Shown here one piece after another: positions 1-11,400 of a stretch of DNA of 56,452 bases (position 1 is its first letter; each line of letters begins with the position of its first letter). A model generated the notes under the pieces. The model was given only the letters and a program-made list of their open reading frames with translations, made no database searches and had not been told where the DNA came from. Source of the stretch: Klebsormidium nitens (taxonomy: Eukaryota; Plantae; Klebsormidiophyceae); the NCBI GenBank assembly GCA_000708835.1, contig DF237531.1, positions 1 through 56,452 of the forward strand, in the 5' to 3' direction. The position numbers were made by a program, and so were the translations under genes.

Positions 1-426
1 ACCCAGATAGTACCTTCTCTGACATCATGATTGAAACCCTAGTGTACGGTAACGGTAGTTCCACCTGGTACCCAGTGCAGAGGGTACATCCAGGATTCAA
101 GTCAGGAGGTACCGTACCGTTTATCGTGCTGCATTACACTTTAACCGTACTGTGTAGCAACTACCGGTACCCACCTACCGCCGTTAAATTGTAAATTGTA
201 CGTACCTAATACGGTCGGAAAAGTGGGATAATCTGAGGGTACGCACCGGGGCTGCAGTCCAGTCACGTAACGCCGGACGAAACCGTAAAACTTAAAAGTG
301 AAATCTGGGGCGCTTTCAAGTTTCTCCTTCCAGCTCAGATCTAAAACTTAGTAAGGTATTAGAAGTTAAAAGTACCGTAGAACTGTGGCAGCAGATGCTC
401 CCACACACTGCACGCTGAAGGGGTTC

Positions 427-2220
427 CTAAAGTTGCAAAGGTACATCTGAGAGCAACAGCTTGGCACTCCCTGAGTAAACAAAATGGCGGGTCCAGATCA
501 AGGCGTTGCCGATCCCTTCCGTGCCTTCATCAAGAGTACCCGAAGGGTGGTGATAAAGGTAAGCGGCTGCGATAAGAGCTTGGTTTAACTTGGTTTGGTT
601 GGGTAGCTTCGGAGTATTTGATGTTCTCCTCCGCACAGATCACCATTCTTGTACCTCAGCGTTTTGATTTGGCACCAGCTTTCTTCTGGATTCTCGCGGC
701 GAGGCAGACGTCAAACCAACCGTCCGTTGGATGTTAATCTTGAGTGGGGCGCTGAAATCTGATTCAGGGCGCTTCTTCTCCACCTGATAGGCTGCAAATC
801 AAGTCTGGACTTCCGGTCCCTATCGTGGATATTATTTTTGTCAAGACGTTTTGGTTCTACCTTTTTGATGTTGGGGCCCATCTAATTAAGGGGAAATCTT
901 GGGAGCTGGACGACATTAGCAATCTACCGTATCTCTGATGACCTCAACTTCTTTGAGGCTATTTACTTTTGTGGGACATTGTTTTGCAGCCGATGCAATG
1001 CCACTGAGCGTCAATTTGGCCGGGTTGCAATCATAATTGGTCACTGAGTATTAGACCCAAACTCTTTCCAGTTGGGGAACTCCTTACCTAAACTCTTACC
1101 AGTTGTGGACACGAGACACAAATACGCTACGCTCCTATTAACCATCGTGGCATTGACCATTTTGAAAGGTCTCCGAACAAATCAAGAAGAAGGACCTTTG
1201 TTTTTCTTTCATTGCTCAGATATGATGTTATGCTACCCAGAAGACCGCCATTCCTTTAATCATTGCTTAGAGATCATGCAACAGCCCCCATCCTCATCAC
1301 TAATTGTGTGAGCTGCCGCGAGCGTAAACTTTTGGTTGCCCTCAGGGCTTGTACGCTGCATCTTCACCCTGACGGGTTGCTTGAGGCATGCTTTCATTCC
1401 CTTTGCCGAGTGAGTGCGCTTTCAAAGCTCCATGACTTCCAGCAAAAACGCTGTTGATGCTTTTAGGACTTTGATGAGCCATGGTGCCGCTCCTAAAGCC
1501 CAATCGCCCGCCACTTATTTCTCACCTTATCCTTGCACTGTCCAGCCACAGAGGCCACGCAATGCTTGCTATCATCGGCACTTCACTTTCATCAAAGGCA
1601 ATTCGTCTCTGCAGTGGTTCAAATGTTTTCTTCAACAAGTGAATGGGCGTGGTTGCCTTGACTCTTTTGGCTTGATGCTTGTATAATTCCTTAACCTCTG
1701 ATTACGCACTATCCCGTTTTGACATGGCGTTGTATAATACTCGAGGAACTCAGTCTAATGGCCGATGATGCTCATTGCAATAAGCTGAGGTGCTATGCTC
1801 GCACCAAGTGAGGAGAGCTGATTGCTGATGCCGAGACCGTGCCAATATGCTGTCACTTGCCAATTTTATCAGAGCTCAATCTCCTTGTTTTGAGTACCTC
1901 TGCATGGTATTCGGATTGGAGACCGTGGACTTCTATCATTACTGACAAGCATGCTCCAATGTTCTCCTTATGTCGATGTCGAAGTTCTCCAACGTCTAGA
2001 GCCATGGTAGTTTTTGTTGCAGATTCTTTGTTTCTACAGCCGTTTGAACCTCAACCGTTTTGCACCTTGATAGCGCCGTTTGCTTGTCCCACTTCTGGGC
2101 CATCTTGTCCGTCACCCTGCCCCACAGTGCAAGCTCAGAGCACCTCAGTTTCTAATCCATCAGCCTCGTTTCTTGACTCCCTCTTCAGCCTGGAACACTG
2201 CTGACGCATTTGGCGATACC
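427..2220 (-). pseudogene. Decayed long ORF (~600 codons, many in-frame stops, at least one frameshift), probable TE/viral relic; product unknown
   Basis: Manual minus-strand translation gives long protein-like runs (e.g. MALDVGELRHRHKENIGACLSVMIEVHGLQSEYHAEVLK; KSRLDLQPIRWRRSALNQ; ...NQALIAAAYLYHHPSG...DVPLQL*) broken almost only by TGA/TAG. No domain recognised. Confidence 0.45.
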
Positions 2221-2472
2221 CCTCAGCCCCGAAACTAGAGTCCTGAACCCTCTCAATCCTGGTCTATAGGGCGAGTGAACTTCCTCATCGTTTCTGCTGT
2301 CGGCATCGCTCGTATAACCTGTCCCGTCGTCGTCTTTCCCGCGGTCCACTTTGATCGTCCATTTGCAAAGTCTGAGGGAGGCTCAGGGACGTCTTAATGT
2401 CGGGACAGCGGCTCCTTTGACCGTCAATGTCCCTAGCCTCAGTTACCAAATGAACCCCAACTTTTTTTGCAG

Positions 2473-5400
2473 GTCGGGACCGCCGTCGTGACCCGCCCTG
2501 ACGGCCGCCTCTCCCTCGGCCGCCTCGGCTCCCTCTGCGAGCAAGTCGAGGACCTCCTCTCGGACGGAATCGAGGTCATTCTAGTTAGCTCCGGTGCGGT
2601 CGGAGTGGGCCGCCAAAAGCTGCGTTACCAGAAGATGATTCACAGCACGCTTAAAGAGCTGCACCAGATGAAGAAGCACGAGCCGGACACGAAAGCGTGC
2701 GCGGCGATCGGGCAGAGCGGGCTGATGGCGCTGTACGATGCGCTTTTCGGGCAGGTGTGTTCCTTGCTTCAAGCTATTGTTTTCTCGCCTTTTTGTGCAT
2801 TTGCTCAGTGTTGTTGGGGATGCAATGGACTCTTCTGGCAGAAATTCGATCGTGGAGATTGTGCAGACTGATGACGCCACATGTTGCGCTGTAAGGCGAA
2901 TGCATATGTGAATCCGGTAGTGGCATCAATATCTGATCGACTTGCCAAACTAGAGTCGTTCAGCGAAGGTGGTTCAGACAGACACGCGTTGTTTCAACAG
3001 TTTCTCTTCGAGAACCCGGGGTGTCTTTTCGTTTCCGATCAGCGTTGCTTGGCAGAATCTTTGACATGGGTAAGATGGACTGGTTGAGCGAGTCTGTGCT
3101 TCATGACTTATACTTCTCAGGCCTCTGGTAGATATCTTTATCCGTTGGTGATCTAGTAGAGCTGGCTCATGATGGGGTGCGACGTTGGGCTGAACAATAG
3201 TCGCAAGACTGTGAAGTTTCCGAGCTCGTTCGTTGAGCCAGCACGGCAGCTTCTCGTCACTACCTCCAACTTCGGCCACGAGCACTTCACCAAAGACGGC
3301 GCCCTCTTGAACTCCGAGCGCACCATTGCTTGACCCAGTCTTTTTTCGCACCAAAATCCTCCTGTCCCTTACTGCACTTGGGCGTGGCGTGCAGTCAGCT
3401 CTTCGATTTTAACTCCGACTTCAGCAACCAGCAGCTCGGAAAAGACGGGGGTTTCGTCGGGTTCGAGCATACCGTCACTTGAACTGGCTACTAACCAACT
3501 TTGACCCGCATACCCCACCCGTACTGCAGTTGGACGTGGCGTGCAGTCAGCTCCTCGTCACCGACTCCGACTTCGGCCACGAGGACTTCCGGGACCGGCT
3601 GCGCGAAACCGTCACCGCTCTAGTTTCCAACAAGATCGTGCCCGTCTTCAACGAGAACGACGCCATCTCGACGCGGAAGGCGCCCTACAACGACGAGAGC
3701 GGCATCTTCTGGGACAACGACAGTTTGGCGGCGCTGTTGGCGCGGGAACTCGGGGCCGATCTTCTGGTGCTTCTGAGCGACGTGAGTCCGAACTGGCATG
3801 GTTTTGCCGCCCTTTCTAGTTGACAGCCTGGCGGCGCTGTTGGCACGGGAACTCGGGGCCGATGTTCTGGTTGTTCTGAGCGACGTGAGTTTGGGCTGGC
3901 ATGGTTTTGTCCCGCTCTAGCTGACCGTCTGACGGCGCTGTTGGCGGGGTGACTTAAAGGCCGGTTTTCCTGGTTCTTTCTGAGCGCTGTGAGTCCGAGC
4001 TGGCGAAACTTTCCTCCCTTTCTCGTTGTCGAGCGACTGTGTATTATCATCGAATGTCTTCATCCGATGGTTTTTATGAAGCTTTCGACCCCTCTTTCGA
4101 CCCGTTGCTCCTTGTCTTACCCAGTCAGTCTCTGCTTCTTTTCTTTTTTCGATCCTCAGTCATTTTGGATCTGCTCAGTTAGTCTCCTATGGTTGCCATC
4201 CGCTTTCCGGAGTCTCCCCGCAGGGGTACGTTATGAACCCAGCGTGGCCTTTTGCGAGCTTCTCCTGTGCTGAAAATGTTGCTCTACAATGGACCTTCTG
4301 AAGGCGCTGTCGAAAACTTTGAAAAGCTGGCGAGCTGCTTTTGGACGACGAAAGGGCGAGGAAAATACTGTTTCCCGCTTGGCAAGCTTTAAGCAAAGCC
4401 AGGAGTGGGTCCTTTCGAGATGCCGCTTTCCAGACCGCCTGTCAAAGAAAGAAGGTGCGCCCTTGCTCCCCTTTGCTGGGTAAGAAGAGAGCAAGGATGC
4501 GGCTATTCCTACAAGTTCTGCGTCGAGGTTGATTGGTTTGGTGAAGAACTTGAGACGAGTTCAGAAGCACGTGTTCGCGGATGCCGTGAGCGGATAATGG
4601 GCAAGGACCGCAAAAACATACCTCGTGAGGGTGCCTTTTTGACGACTTCAATCAGTATAAAACGCATGTTTGCGAACTTTTGACGCATTTTTAAGTACGA
4701 CTTTCATGTTGATAACAGCTCTGAGGGGCGAAGATGCGCCATTTCCTGGAGAGTATATTTTAAAGGCTCCAACAAACACACCATGCCTCCTCCGTTCTGT
4801 CTGGAATTCCGATGCGGAACATTCTTCCAGTCGATGTGTATTTCCAACAGTCTAAGTTGTTTCGATGTGTCTTGCCTCGTCCTGCAACAGTTTCCGTCCC
4901 TATAAGCACGTGGGAAGCCATTGAGTAAATCTACTTCGAACATAGTCAGATGCAGATAGCATTTTCCAGGCGGTCTGAATACTACAACATAACTTTGTCT
5001 ACTTGTCCAGCACGGCATTGAGAAAAGGCGATGAGGAACGCCCCTTCTGGCTTGCTTGTCTTGGCCAGGTCTCTGTCGGGCATACGAGGCCATTCTATTT
5101 GGTACAACATTCCCACCAGATTTCCAGACGCATCCTATGGAACAGAATAACATATTACTATGTTGATAAAGTCAGTTAAAAGTACGAGAGATTTGTGCCT
5201 AGGCAAGCTGTGCTCACACGGGCGCTTATGCTTACGCACTTCATTCATTTCGCATTGAGTCCTGAAGGGAGGGAACGGAAGGGAGGGAACGGAAGCTGGG
5301 TGCTACTAAACGGTGTGTTCGTCGACTTTTCCCACTTCCTTTTCAAACAAGCAGCAGATTATTTGGTGTGCTTATGCCCGTGTCTGAGCTTCAGCACTTG

Positions 5401-8400
5401 CTGGGAATTTCGCCGACAGTCCGTGAGTATTGAGTGCGGCGTGCAAGGGCGAGGACGTCATCTCCTGGGAAGCTGCTTCTCACCGCTGTAGAGGCAGGTC
5501 TGATGCCCTCATGGACAGATCAGAGAGATCGATCCGAGAAGATCAGGTGCCTCCGGCTCGAAGCCTGCTGTGAAAGAAAACGCTACATAAGATTGAAGGA
5601 AGAGGGATCCTGAAAGTCCTTCCTCGTAGTTTCCAAAGATGTTTGACGTTGCTTCTGTTCCGGCGCAAAGAATCGACTGATCCGGCGAGCGGAAGGCACG
5701 CCTTTGTAAATGAAGGTCCTTGAATGAAACGCTGAGTATACGCGCATCAAGCTTAAGGATCAACGAGGTCAATAAGCAGAAATCAGTGTTGTGCTTGTAT
5801 GGAGCGTCGGCAATAAAACAACCCTATTGCGAGGTAAGGATGACCTGTGTTCTGAGCATCTCTTTTCTCAAGCGTTCCTTGCGGGTCCAGATGCCCCTGT
5901 GAAACCGGCTTTTCGTTTAAGAAAGGTCTTATGTGTCCCCTGTGTCCATTACCTTTCCCTGCCCTTGATATTGTTTTGCTCCGCCAAAAAGGTCGAGTCT
6001 TGGGGCGGCTCGGTATGGTTCACTTGACCCGTAGCACGTAACCATCGAACGACCAGCTGAAAGGTTCATCTGTTTTCGAGTCCCCGTTGCTAAGTGTTTG
6101 CTTGTCGACATCTCCATCTTTTGCGGAACATGGTTGGCTTGATTGCTCTGTCTCCCTCGCTTCTTCAAAAGGCCTCGGTCAATGGAGGCGCTCTCAGCAC
6201 TCACTGGCAATATGCTTGACGCTATGTCACAAGCTCAGTACGAGTCATTTGTTCAAGCACCTTGCCCCTCCGAACCTGTTGATAGAATCGTCGCTTATTC
6301 TGATTGCACTTCTCTGGTTCTTGAGATTTAAGGGGCAGCGGACGAGGCATTTCGCTGATGACCAAGCTGGTGGCAGTGGCAGCACATGCCGACCATCTGA
6401 TAACCTAGACGGAGTTTCAGGCGGAGCCGTAATCATAGGGACAGTATCCGGCTTCTACGGCAGCGTCTGAAGTGCTGTTGCCCCGGTCTTCGCTTCTAGC
6501 ACGTTTGGAAATGTCGAGCGGTTGCAGTTTTTGTAGCGTTAAAGTCGACTGAGGAATATGATTCTCAAGAGGACTAAGATGTAGCTGATGCGTCCCTGTT
6601 TTCGCCGGTTGCCAAAGTGGTTAAGCGACTTGAAATTGTGCTGATGTGAAACTGTGAAGCTAAACGGGCGGTGATGCAAGCCGTCTGAGAAAAACTCTCA
6701 ATGGGCTATTTGCAGGGAAGCTGACGCCTTTTCTCAATAATGGAGGCCCGTCGGTGTTGCTATTTGATCTGAATAGATTTTTGTCATCTTCGCATGTCTT
6801 TTGTCATCTTAGAACTGGCGCGGATGCATGCCTCCTGAGATACCACTCGTTCGATGCAAAAGGGGAGGTCCGTGTTCTGTCTAGAAAACCTTTTTGGCCT
6901 GACCTTGTTTAAATGAGGAACATTCGTGCCAGTCTGCTTTTGGTGAGGACGAGTTTCATGAGACACAGGACTGAAAAACCCTAGCCCACAGTGGACCGTT
7001 CTCGATCCCGTATCAGGCGCTCAATCCCCCATCAAATTCAAAAATAAGATGCTGGGTTCTACTGCAATCTGGCGTTTCCTACGTTTGTGCCAAGATTATT
7101 GGGCGAGGATACGAGGTTTCGTGAGTCATAGACTCCGCAAGCTCACTCACCTTTGACGCCTTGGTCGCTCTGGCCTTATGTCAATTTATTCAATCTTATC
7201 TGGCTGTCCCGTGTCCGCCGTTGATTGTCCATGTGGCAAATTCGCGAGTCTGCAGATCACGTTGTTTTCCGGCACTCAATGACGAAGGTGTGAATGACAA
7301 AGATGTGAATCTCTCTCGCAGGTTGACGGCCTGTACACCGGCCCTCCCAGCGACAAGTCGAGCGAGCTCATTCACACCTACATCCGGGAGCTGCACCACG
7401 AGCAAGTGACGTTTGGTGAGAAGTCCCGCGTCGGGCGTGGAGGGATGACCGCGAAGATCGACGCGGCGTGGCTGTCAGCGAAATCAGGGGTTCCAGTCGT
7501 CATCGCAAACGGGGGGGTGGCTGACGTGGTGTCCAAGGTGAGAAAGCAGGGGGAGGAAATGATTTACTTCAGAACGTCACTTTTAGGTTGACTAGTGAGA
7601 CTGCTTCAGAGAAACAGCAAGTTTTCTGTAACTGATGATGGCCTGTGGAATCATTTGTGGACCATAAAGAAGAATGCGGCTAGAGGTGCACGCAACATGG
7701 TATCCCAATGCTGTTCGGGAGTGCCGACTCTGCTCCTGTGTTTGCCCGGAGCAGACTTTCTGCCATTTTGGAGAATGTCGTTCGACCTTACCTAGTAGCC
7801 TTGACTGGCTCATTCCTGACTTCTAGGCTTCTGTTCGATTTTCGAAGAGATTCAGACTGAGCTCAGTACCCAACGGACAGCAAAGCAATTGCTCTCACTT
7901 GACGGATTTGATCGCTTGCAGTCGACTAAGTTACTGAAAGAGAGAGGTTCTTATAATCTTTTCGTCGCCCAGATAGACAACTGTTTTTGCGTATCCTGCA
8001 GGTCATGAACGGCGACCACATTGGTACGTTAATACACCGCGACGCCGCCAAGTGGGACCACTCACACACAAAGGGGTCCGACATCGGGAAGTCACGCGAC
8101 GCAGCGGTGGCGGCCCGGACTGCCTCTCGAAAACTTCAGGTGAGGAAGAAACAATCTATTTCGTTCGGCTCCCTTCGTTTGATTCAAAAGGTGGGAACGA
8201 GGAGCTGTCCGCGAAGGTAAGGGACTGAATGGTCTAGGCACCATAAACTCAAGCTGACCCCAGACAGACCAGAAACGTAGCTGGCATACCTTCTGTGCTT
8301 CTGTTCTGCAGACGCTGACGTCATTGAAACGTAGCCAGATTCAGCTGGGCTTTGTCGATGCTTCGAGGGTCAGCTTCTGGGGGAGACGGTTTGGGCGCTC

Positions 8401-11400
8401 GCAAATCTCAAAACTCAACTTTCTCGTTGGGAAAACCTGCGCTGATAAGCTATGTGAGCTTCTCTTGCAGGCCCTGACGTCAGCAGACCGCAGCCAGATA
8501 ATGGACGTTAGGGACGCTTTGGTGGAGAACGACAAGTTGAATCTCAAGGAGAACGGTTTGGTCTCCCGCAAATATCTGAAGCTAACGCCGTTTCACTCCA
8601 CGTTCATAAACTTTCCTGACTATGTAGCTTGGTTCCCACGCAGGCCCTGACGTCAGCGGAGCGCAGCCAAATCTTGTTGGACGTTGCGGACGCTTTGGTG
8701 AAGAACGAGGAGCTGATTCTCAAGGAGAACGGTTTGGACGTCCAGCAGGCGCAGGCGTCCGACACGCCCAACGCGCTCCTGCAACGGCTCAAGCTCAAGC
8801 CCGGCAAGGTGAAGATCAATCTTTCAGCCCGTTTCCGAAAAACTTCGCATAAACCCGAAGGCTCCAAGCCTGTTCTCTGAAGATTATGATCGACTGGCGC
8901 CGGAACGTGTTGGATTAGAAGACATTGTCACGATAGAGGTCCGTTTGAATCTCTGTGGATTGGCCAACTAGCAGCGGGGTTCGCTCCATCGCCCCAATGG
9001 ACGGACCCATGCCCTTGCGCTGACAGAAGATGGAGCTCGCCGAAGATCTGAGCCGAGAAACAAAAGATGCCGGATGGCGTTGTCCTCTGTGATGGAAACC
9101 CGTAAATCTTTCTCTGTAGATCGCCCAACTAGCGGCGGGGATCCGCTCCATCGCCGCAATGGACGAGCCCGTTTCTCAGCTCCAAAAGAAGATGGAGCTA
9201 GCCGAAGGTCTGGTCCTCGAAAAGCGAACGGCATCGCTAGGCGTGCTTTTGGTCATCTTCGAGTCGCGCCCCGACGCCCTTCCTCAGATCGCGTCGCTCG
9301 CGATCCGGAGCGGGAACGGGCTGCTGCTGAAGGGAGGCAAGGAGGCTGCACGATCAAACGCGATTCTTCATAAAGTGGGTTTGCCTTGTCCTTAAAGCCT
9401 TTCGGCTCCATAATCTCCAGGTTTAAGGGTTGTAGCATCAGGTGTTTTCTGAGCCAAGTCCAGATGCTCTGCTGCAGAACGCTTTGCTCGCAATCTGCAT
9501 TGGAAACCGGGCTGTTGCAGACGGGAGGCAAAAGGCAGCCTGCTCGAATGCAGTCCCTGGAGGCTTGTTTGCGGTGTACATGGTCCTATCTTTCATCGTG
9601 TAGTCTCTTCTCCGGTCTCTCGCATACAGTCAAGGTCTACTTTGCCCCACCCACACGTGCTGCCCAGTTGGTTGAAAGCCGTCAGAAGTAGAGATGGGGA
9701 GCTACTTAGATTTTGATCATCCAGAACGCCATGACGGGATGCCTGCACTTGCGCTGGGGGTTAATTGGACCCTCAGCATCTGTCGCTCGGCCAAGGACAT
9801 CAGTCACTGAAAAGAGCCGGTCTTTAGGCTGTACGTCCTGCTGATGTCGCAAGCTGACGTCAGCCGAATTTCACGTGCAGATCATCACAGAGGCACTCCC
9901 ACCTTCAGTTGGCCCGCACCTGATCGGCCTGGTGACGTCACGGGAGGGCATTGCAGACCTGCTTAAGGTGAGGCAGCGAGACGGCGTCCGGGGCGATCCC
10001 TTCCGGTTCGGTTGCTTGTCTGTTTGGAAGGCTGCTGGCGCCCCTGCCACTGGAAGATTTGTGCGGATTCACCGTGAAATCAGCACAAAAAAGCTCTCTC
10101 CAATTTTGTGTAACTGGATGACGTCACCGATTTCGTCATTCTCCACCGCGGCAATGGCCTGCTGATGCACACCCGCTTTCGAGAAACCAAGGAGAGAGAA
10201 GAGATACCAAGAAGAGATAGAACTGAGTCACGAATGTTTTGCATCGCTGCAATTGGATAACGTTATCAACCTCGTGATCCACCCCGGCAGCAATGCCCTG
10301 GTGACGCACATTAAGGAGATCATAAAAGACTACTTTGAGCGTCCGCTTTCAAACAACACGACGAAAGAGCTAAAACACATACTCTTTCGGATCGCTGCAG
10401 TTGGATGACCTCATTGACTTCGTGTACCCCTGCGGCGGCAATGCCTTGGTGACGCACATCAAGAAAAACACTAAAGACCACTATGAGCGTCCGCTTTCAA
10501 ACACCAGAAGAGAAGATATCATGGAGAGAGCTAAACTGCGTATTTACTACATAATTGCAGTTGGATAACGTCATCGACCTCGTTTCCCCCGCGGCGGCAA
10601 CGCCCTGGTGACGCACATCAAGGAGAACACCAAGGTCACATCAGGCCATCGCTTCAACCCTCTTTTACGAAGGAAAACTGAACCAGTTTTAAGCCGCATC
10701 TTTGACAGTTGGATGACGTCATCGACCTCGTCATCCCCCGCGGCGGCAACGCCCTGGTGACGCACATCAAGGAGAACACCAAGATCGCGGTGCTGGGACA
10801 CGCGGACGGGGTGTGCCACGTGTACGTCGACAAGGCTGCTGACGTGGACATGGCGAAGAAGGTGGTGGTCGACGCGAAGATCGATTACCCGGCCGCGTGC
10901 AACGCGATGGAGACGCTGCTTGTGCACGAGGATCTGGCGAAGGGAAAGGAATTCAATCAAATTTTGGATGCGCTTAAGATCGCAGGTGCGTTCTCTGTCC
11001 GCAGTGCACATTCGTTTCTTACTTTTTTGGGTTCTGTTAAGACGTAATTTTTTTTGGCTTTCTTTCTATCATAGAGCCTTTTGCAATGAGACACCGCTTG
11101 TGCATGAGGACTTGGCGGAGGGCATGGAAGTGAACAAGATCCTGGATGCGCTCGAGATCGCAGGTGCGTCCTTTGTCCGCGAGTGAATCTATTTTCTTAT
11201 TCTTTTAGTGCTCTTTTTGTGCTCTTTAGAAGGTGATGAAGCTTTTTTGTACTGACGCGCGTGTGCATGAGGCTCTGGCCATGGGCAAGGAAGTGATGGA
11301 ATAAGATCCTAGATGCGCTTAGATCGGAGGTGCGTGGGTATAGGATCCGTTGTTTCAGATTGGTCTTATGTCCCTTTTCTTTCGTTTATCTCTAGGAGAG

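Noticed and set aside
3782-7321. Many 60-150 aa ORFs in the 3.5-kb P5CS intron, possibly a nested gene or TE
   Set aside because: No recognisable domain, splice structure or terminal repeats; may hold old relics but cannot be supported.
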